Shown: piece after piece, positions 56,961 through 64,000 of the stretch
Layout: each line of letters starts with the position of its first letter
Position numbering within the stretch: position 1 is the first letter of the stretch
NCBI GenBank assembly: GCA_964016885.1
Contig: OZ024754.1
Location: forward strand, 21,328,001 to 21,392,000
DNA length: 64,000 bases
Origin: Eledone cirrhosa
Taxonomy: Eukaryota
Direction of reading: 5' to 3'
Notes under the pieces: generated by a model
What the model was told of the DNA's origin: nothing
What the model saw: only the letters and a program-made list of their open reading frames with translations
Databases searched by the model: none
Position numbers and translations under genes: made by a program

Positions 56961-58203
56961 TATAGCGGAGATTACTGGTTATATGAATGTAACAAAACGA
57001 GACAATGTTTGTGTATATAATATTTAATTAACGGTAGATAGAATACTTGACATGTCAAAGATAGATGTTAGAATGAAACAAAGTTAGTAGTTACCGTTTT
57101 GATTGCCAGGCAAATGCGGCTGGCAGAGGGCGCCTGGCTAAGGCCAGGCGCCTGTTGGCCAAATTAATGGCAGAGCCAAATGAGAAGACTCTTGACCTGG
57201 TGCCGAAAAGGCAAAGAGAGAGAGGAAGCTTAAAGTTGTTAGTTTTATAGGGCTCTCACCGGAAGTTGCAGAAAGGGTTCCACTTCCCGTCTAGATCCCA
57301 ATCAAAACAAGGGAGACAACCGCTACATAACCTCCCGCCAGAATTTTAGTGTATAAAAATCGAAATGAAAATATGTAGCAAGTTGGCGAGAATGTTGTAA
57401 CAGGCATGAAAATTACGACAAAAGAATGTTTGGAAAAATCAATGATAGATATCAAGGTAGCCAACCGCTCTTGGCCAGAGAACGACTGGACATCCATCTA
57501 TCCATCACCCAAAGATACAATGTAATAAAGTAAAAGTAATAAAAGAGCTCAAAGTTCAAAATATAGTTCACAGGTGTGCAATCACATGACAGCGGGAAAG
57601 AAAGTGTTCCAGAGAATGAATGCAGGTGGTTTCTGTTCTGTGGTATATCGTGAAATTTCCAACCTCCGAATGGATTTTCTCACAGGAAGAGTGCTGCAAA
57701 AATAAATTCTCTGGCTTTGGTGAAGCTGTGTTGATGTATTGCTGTTGCTGTTATATTGCTGTTGCTGCTGCTGTTGTCTCGCTGAGTGAGCGTATTCGGT
57801 GTTTAAATTCACAGTAAAAAAATTTTTTTTTAGAAAAAAATGAGTTGCGCAAAGTGCTAGAAATAGCAGCCGAAGTTGATGGTCGATGTTGAGAATGCGT
57901 TGACCTGGAAGGGTCAAGAGGCCAGCGACCAGAGAAATAAGCATTCTTAATAAATGCGCGGTTATCAACGGTAAATTTACATTGTAAATTTATAAACCGG
58001 CAAATAGAAGAATATAGCTTAAGGCTGAAGAATCCCTGGTGATAAATGGCGTGCGGCTGTCTGTGAGAAGAGACATCTCAGTGAATCAAGAATTTATGCT
58101 GCCTACACGTGCCAATACAAGGTTGAAAAAAAATATTTCTAACGCGCGAGAAAATGATAGTGCAATTTTGAAAGTGACAATGATGAAATGTTTTTTAAAG
58201 AAT

Positions 58204-58246
<43 letters not shown>

Positions 58247-58954
58247 GTTTTGAAAGAGTTCGTTGTAAGAAACGAGAAACATATATATATATCGTGAAAT
58301 GTTTTTTTTTTGTTTTGAAAGTGTTCGTTGTAAGAAACGAGAAACATATATATATATATTGGTGAAATGCGACAGTTAATTGATGCGTGAGAGAAAAAGT
58401 ATGTCTGTGCGAATTCCACATGTGCGTGTGTGCGTGTCCTTGAGTATTTTCATAGTTTGTCGCTAAATTTGCTGTGTATTCGTAATGTTACTCACAAAAC
58501 CAGATGTGCTATTTTTTTCTTTTTTTGGGGGGGTGACCACTTATAGCGATGAACGGCTGCGTGTTCGTATCACGTCGGGGTCACCAATATAGCGGAGATT
58601 ACTGGTTATATGAATGTAACAAAACGAGACAATGTTTGTGTATATAATATTTAATTAACGGTAGATAGAATACTTGACATGTCAAAGATAGATGTTAGAA
58701 TGAAACAAAGTTAGTAGTTACCGTTTTGATTGCCAGGCAAATGCGGCTGGCAGAGGGCGCCTGGCTAAGGCCAGGCGCCTGTTGGCCAAATTAATGGCAG
58801 AGCCAAATGAGAAGACTCTTGACCTGGTGCCGAAAAGGCAAAGAGAGAGAGGAAGCTTAAAGTTGTTAGTTTTATAGGGCTCTCACCGGAAGTTGCAGAA
58901 AGGGTTCCACTTCCCGTCTAGATCCCAATCAAAACAAGGGAGACAACCGCTACA
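56961..58954 (-). mobile_element. Non-autonomous LTR retrotransposon, copy 4
   Basis: LTRs at 56961-57327 and 58588-58954; same TSD. Confidence 0.95.
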
Positions 58955-59623
58955 AGTATATACTATATTAACTACAGTTTTAATAAATTGTCTAGATGTT
59001 AAGTATATACTCTATTAACCACAGTTTTAATAAATTGTCTAGATGTTAAGTATATACTATATTAACTACAGTTTTAATAAATTGTCTAAATGTTAAGTAT
59101 ATACTATATTAACTACAGTTTAAATAAATTGTCTAGATGTTAAGTATATACTATATTAACTACAGTTTTAATAAATTGTCTAGATGTTAAGTATATACTA
59201 TATTAACTACAGTTTTAATAAATTGTCTAGATGTTAAGTATATACTATATTAACTACAGTTTTAATAAATTGTTTAAATGTTAAGTATATACTATATTAA
59301 CTACAGTTTAAATAAATTGTCTAGATGTTAAGTATATACTATATTAACTACAGTTTTAATAAATTGTCTAGATGTTAAGTATATACTATATTAACTCCAG
59401 TTTTAATAAATTGTCTAGATGTTAAGTATATACTATATTAACTACAGTTTTAATAAATTGTCTAGATGTTAAGTATATACTATATTAACTACAGTTTTAA
59501 TAAATTGTCTAGATGTTAAGTATATACTATATTAACTACAGTTTTAATAAATTGTCTAGATGTTAAGTATATACTATATTAACTAGTTTTAATAAATTGT
59601 CTAGATGTTAAGTATATACTATA

Positions 59624-60484
59624 CTAGCAGTAAAGCCCGGCGTTGCTCAGGGTCGCTCAGTAGCTGTGTTAAAGTTACAATGTTAAGTTTCTTTCTTGGC
59701 TTAAAAACTATAGTGTCTACTGTGCAGACTTGCATGTGGTGTTTTTGATTAATATTCCCTCAACCAACAATATGCCTTATGAAGTTAAGAAAACATAACG
59801 ATAACCCGAATGTTATAACAAAAGAGGATGCTGGGGATAGAAACTGCACTGGTTATTTATTAACAAAGATCGAAAATGTAAACACTGCAACGCAGAGAAA
59901 AACATTAACGTAACCAAATTATCAGTTATGTCTGTCTGCACGCCTATATCACCTCTCTGCACGACTGTCTGTCTGCACGCCTATATCACCTCTCTGCACG
60001 ACTGTCTGTCTGCACGCGTATATCACCTCTCTGCACGACTGTCTGTCTGCACGCCTAACGACGAAATATTTGCTTGTTTTACGTAGTCTTTAAATAGACT
60101 TGTTTTCAAGTAAAAATATTGTTTTAAGATGCTTTTAAATGGAAATGAAGCAAAACGGAAGCTTAGTGTTCGAACTGATGAATTTTGGAGGTCAATATTT
60201 TGCTGGCTCGACAACTGTTAAAGCCAGCGTAATTTTTCACGTAAGACGCTCAATGTAAACAAAACAAAGGGAAATAACTGATAACTTACGCTCAAAAATC
60301 GATACATTATATTCGATTTCGTCACATAGGGTGGGTCAATTTGAAATTTTTTTTTTCCGATTTCTTCGCTAGGGCTCAATGTACAAGTATAGCAATTTCG
60401 GTGCAATTCCGTGAGAGATTCTAAGAGGAGATGTGTGCCAAAAATCGATAGACAGACAGACAACCACAGTTTTATATATATAGA
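59624..60484 (-). mobile_element. Non-autonomous Helitron, copy 19 (B)
   Basis: Same termini; B markers. Confidence 0.9.
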
Positions 60485-62611
60485 TTAACTAGTTTTAATA
60501 AATTGTCTAGATGTTAAGTATATACTATATTAACTACAGTTTTAATAAATTGTCTAGATGTTAAGTATATACTATATTAACTACAGTTTTAATAAATTAT
60601 CTAGATGTTAAGTATATACTATATTAACTACAGTTTTAATAAATTGTCTAGATGTTAAGTATATCCTATATTAACTAGTTTTAATAAATTGTCTAGATGT
60701 TAAGTATATACTCTATTAACCACAGTTTTAATAAATTGTCTAGATATTAAGTATATACTATATTAACTACAGTTTTAACAAATTATCTAGATGTTAAGTA
60801 TATACTATATTAACTAGGTTTAATAAATTGTCTAGATGTTAAGTATATACTATATTAACTAGTTTTAATAAATTGTCTAGATATTAAGTATATACTATAT
60901 TAACTACAGTTTTAATAAATTGTCTAGATGTTAAGTATATACTATATTAACTACAGTTTTAATAAATTGTCTAGATGTTAAGTATATACTATATTAACTA
61001 CAGTTTTAATAAATTGTCTAGATGTTAAGTATATACAATATTAACTACAGTTTTAATAAATTGTCTAGATGTTAAGTATATACTATATTAACTAGTTTTA
61101 ATAAATTGTCTAGATGTTGAGTATATACTCTATTAACCACAGTTTTAATAAATTGTCTAGATGTTAAGTATATACTATATTAACTAGTTTTAATAAATTG
61201 TCTAGATGTTAAGTATATACTATATTAACTAGTTTTAATAAATTGTCTAGATGTTAAGTATATACTATATTAACTAGTTTTAATAAATTGTCTAGATGTT
61301 AAGTAAATACTATATTAACTACAGTTTTAATAAATTGTCTAAATGTTAAGTATATACTATATTAACTACAGTTTAAATAAATTGTCTAGATGTTAAGTAT
61401 ATACTATATTAACTACAGTTTTAATAAATTGTCTAGATGTTAAGTATATACTCTATTAACCACAGTTTTAATAAATTGTCTAGATGTTAAGTATATACTA
61501 TATTAACTACAGTTTTAATAAATTGTCTAAATGTTAAGTATATACTATATTAACTACAGTTTAAATAAATTGTCTAGATGTTAAGTATATACTATATTAA
61601 CTACAGTTTTAATAAATTGTCTAGATGTTAAGTATATACTATATTAACTACAGTTTTAATAAATTGTTTAAATGTTAAGTATATACTATATTAACTACAG
61701 TTTAAATAAATTGTCTAGATGTTAAGTATATACTATATTAACTACAGTTTTAATAAATTGTCTAGATGTTAAGTATATACTATATTAACTCCAGTTTTAA
61801 TAAATTGTCTAGATGTTAAGTATATACTATATTAACTACAGTTTTAATAAATTGTCTAGATGTTAAGTATATACTATATTAACTACAGTTTTAATAAATT
61901 GTCTCGATGTTAAGTATATACTATATTAACTAGTTTTAATAAATTGTCTAGATGTTAAGTATATACTATATTAACTGCAGTTTTAATAAATTGTCTAGAT
62001 GTTAAGTATATACTATATTAACTAGTTTTAATAAATCGTCTAGATATTAAGTATATACTATATTAACTACAGTTTTAATAAATTATCTAGATGTTAAGTA
62101 TATACTATATTAACTACAGTTTTAATAAATTGTCTAGATGTTAAGTATATACTATATTAACTACAGTTTTAATAAATTATCTAGATGTTAAGTATATACT
62201 ATATTAACTAGTTTTAATAAATTGTCTAGATGTTAAGTATATACTATATTAACTAGTTTTAATAAATTGTCTAGATATTAAGTATATACTATATTAACTA
62301 CAGTTTTAATAAATTGTCTAGATGTTAAGTATATACTATATTAACTACAGTTTTAATAAATTGTCTAGATGTTAAGTATATACTATATTAACTAGTTTTA
62401 ATAAATTGTCTAGATGTTAAGTATATACTCTATTAACCACAGTTTTAATAAATTGTCTAGATGTTAAGTATATACTATATTAACTACAGTTTTAATAAAT
62501 TGTCTAAATGTTAAGTATATACTATATTAACTACAGTTTTAATAAATTGTCTAAATGTTAAGTATATACTATATTAACTACAGTTTAAATAAATTGTCTA
62601 GATGTTAAGTA

Positions 62612-63854
62612 TATAGCGGAGATTACTGGTTATATGAATGTAACAAAACGAGACAATGTTTGTGTATATAATATTTAATTAACGGTAGATAGAATACTTG
62701 ACATGTCAAAGATAGATGTTAGAATGAAACAAAGTTAGTAGTTACCGTTTTGATTGCCAGGCAAATGCGGCTGGCAGAGGGCGCCTGGCTAAGGCCAGGC
62801 GCCTGTTGGCCAAATTAATGGCAGAGCCAAATGAGAAGACTCTTGACCTGGTGCCGAAAAGGCAAAGAGAGAGAGGAAGCTTAAAGTTGTTAGTTTTATA
62901 GGGCTCTCACCGGAAGTTGCAGAAAGGGTTCCACTTCCCGTCTAGATCCCAATCAAAACAAGGGAGACAACCGCTACATAACCTCCCGCCAGAATTTTAG
63001 TGTATAAAAATCGAAATGAAAATATGTAGCAAGTTGGCGAGAATGTTGTAACAGGCATGAAAATTACGACAAAAGAATGTTTGGAAAAATCAATGATAGA
63101 TATCAAGGTAGCCAACCGCTCTTGGCCAGAGAACGACTGGACATCCATCTATCCATCACCCAAAGATACAATGTAATAAAGTAAAAGTAATAAAAGAGCT
63201 CAAAGTTCAAAATATAGTTCACAGGTGTGCAATCACATGACAGCGGGAAAGAAAGTGTTCCAGAGAATGAATGCAGGTGGTTTCTGTTCTGTGGTATATC
63301 GTGAAATTTCCAACCTCCGAATGGATTTTCTCACAGGAAGAGTGCTGCAAAAATAAATTCTCTGGCTTTGGTGAAGCTGTGTTGATGTATTGCTGTTGCT
63401 GTTATATTGCTGTTGCTGCTGCTGTTGTCTCGCTGAGTGAGCGTATTCGGTGTTTAAATTCACAGTAAAAAAATTTTTTTTTAGAAAAAAATGAGTTGCG
63501 CAAAGTGCTAGAAATAGCAGCCGAAGTTGATGGTCGATGTTGAGAATGCGTTGACCTGGAAGGGTCAAGAGGCCAGCGACCAGAGAAATAAGCATTCTTA
63601 ATAAATGCGCGGTTATCAACGGTAAATTTACATTGTAAATTTATAAACCGGCAAATAGAAGAATATAGCTTAAGGCTGAAGAATCCCTGGTGATAAATGG
63701 CGTGCGGCTGTCTGTGAGAAGAGACATCTCAGTGAATCAAGAATTTATGCTGCCTACACGTGCCAATACAAGGTTGAAAAAAAATATTTCTAACGCGCGA
63801 GAAAATGATAGTGCAATTTTGAAAGTGACAATGATGAAATGTTTTTTAAAGAAT

Positions 63855-63897
<43 letters not shown>

Positions 63898-64000
63898 GTT
63901 TTGAAAGAGTTCGTTGTAAGAAACGAGAAACATATATATATATCGTGAAATGTTTTTTTTTTGTTTTGAAAGTGTTCGTTGTAAGAAACGAGAAACATAT
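62612..64000 (-). mobile_element. Non-autonomous LTR retrotransposon, copy 5 (cut by the window end)
   Basis: 3' LTR at 62612-62978 plus interior; same left junction. Confidence 0.93.

Larger units (their letters stand above)
1..62611. repeat. AT-rich satellite array, 47-bp monomer CTATATTAACTACAGTTTTAATAAATTGTCTAGATGTTAAGTATATA, with a 45-bp variant (AACTAGTT, lacking CA); interrupted by Helitron and LTR elements
   Basis: Head-to-tail monomers read directly (1-47, 48-94, ...), all in one orientation. 9 G+C in 47 bp, with an XbaI site (TCTAGA) in most monomers. Recurrent single-base variants (TCTAAA, TCTTGA, TCTCGA, TATCTA, ACTCCAG, CTCTATTAACCAC) appear in ordered patterns. Confidence 0.99.

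Overview
This is eukaryotic, most likely invertebrate-animal, repetitive DNA with no credible protein-coding gene. The whole window is one AT-rich satellite array of a 47-bp monomer (plus a 45-bp variant, ~19% GC) interrupted by two non-autonomous transposons, both on the minus strand. (1) An ~860-915-bp Helitron occurs in 19 copies. It has a 5'-TC end and a 3' hairpin followed by CTAG, lies between A and T with no target-site duplication (TSD), and always sits at the same monomer position. (2) An ~2.0-kb LTR retroelement occurs in 5 copies, all right of 40.5 kb. It has 367-bp LTRs, an AGTA TSD, a tRNA-Trp primer-binding site (PBS), a polypurine tract (PPT) and no gag/pol, and again always uses the same site. 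The copies are best explained by tandem amplification together with the satellite rather than independent insertion. This gives nested higher-order repeats: 47 bp, then 1.7-3.8 kb [satellite+Helitron], then 3.8-kb and ~10-kb super-units, and 4.9-5.9 kb [satellite+LTR element+satellite+Helitron]. Notable details are a 32-nt tRNA-Trp match running past A58 with a mismatch exactly there, similarity between the Helitron 5' end and the satellite monomer, and both insertions falling in the monomer's dyad. All listed ORFs look spurious.
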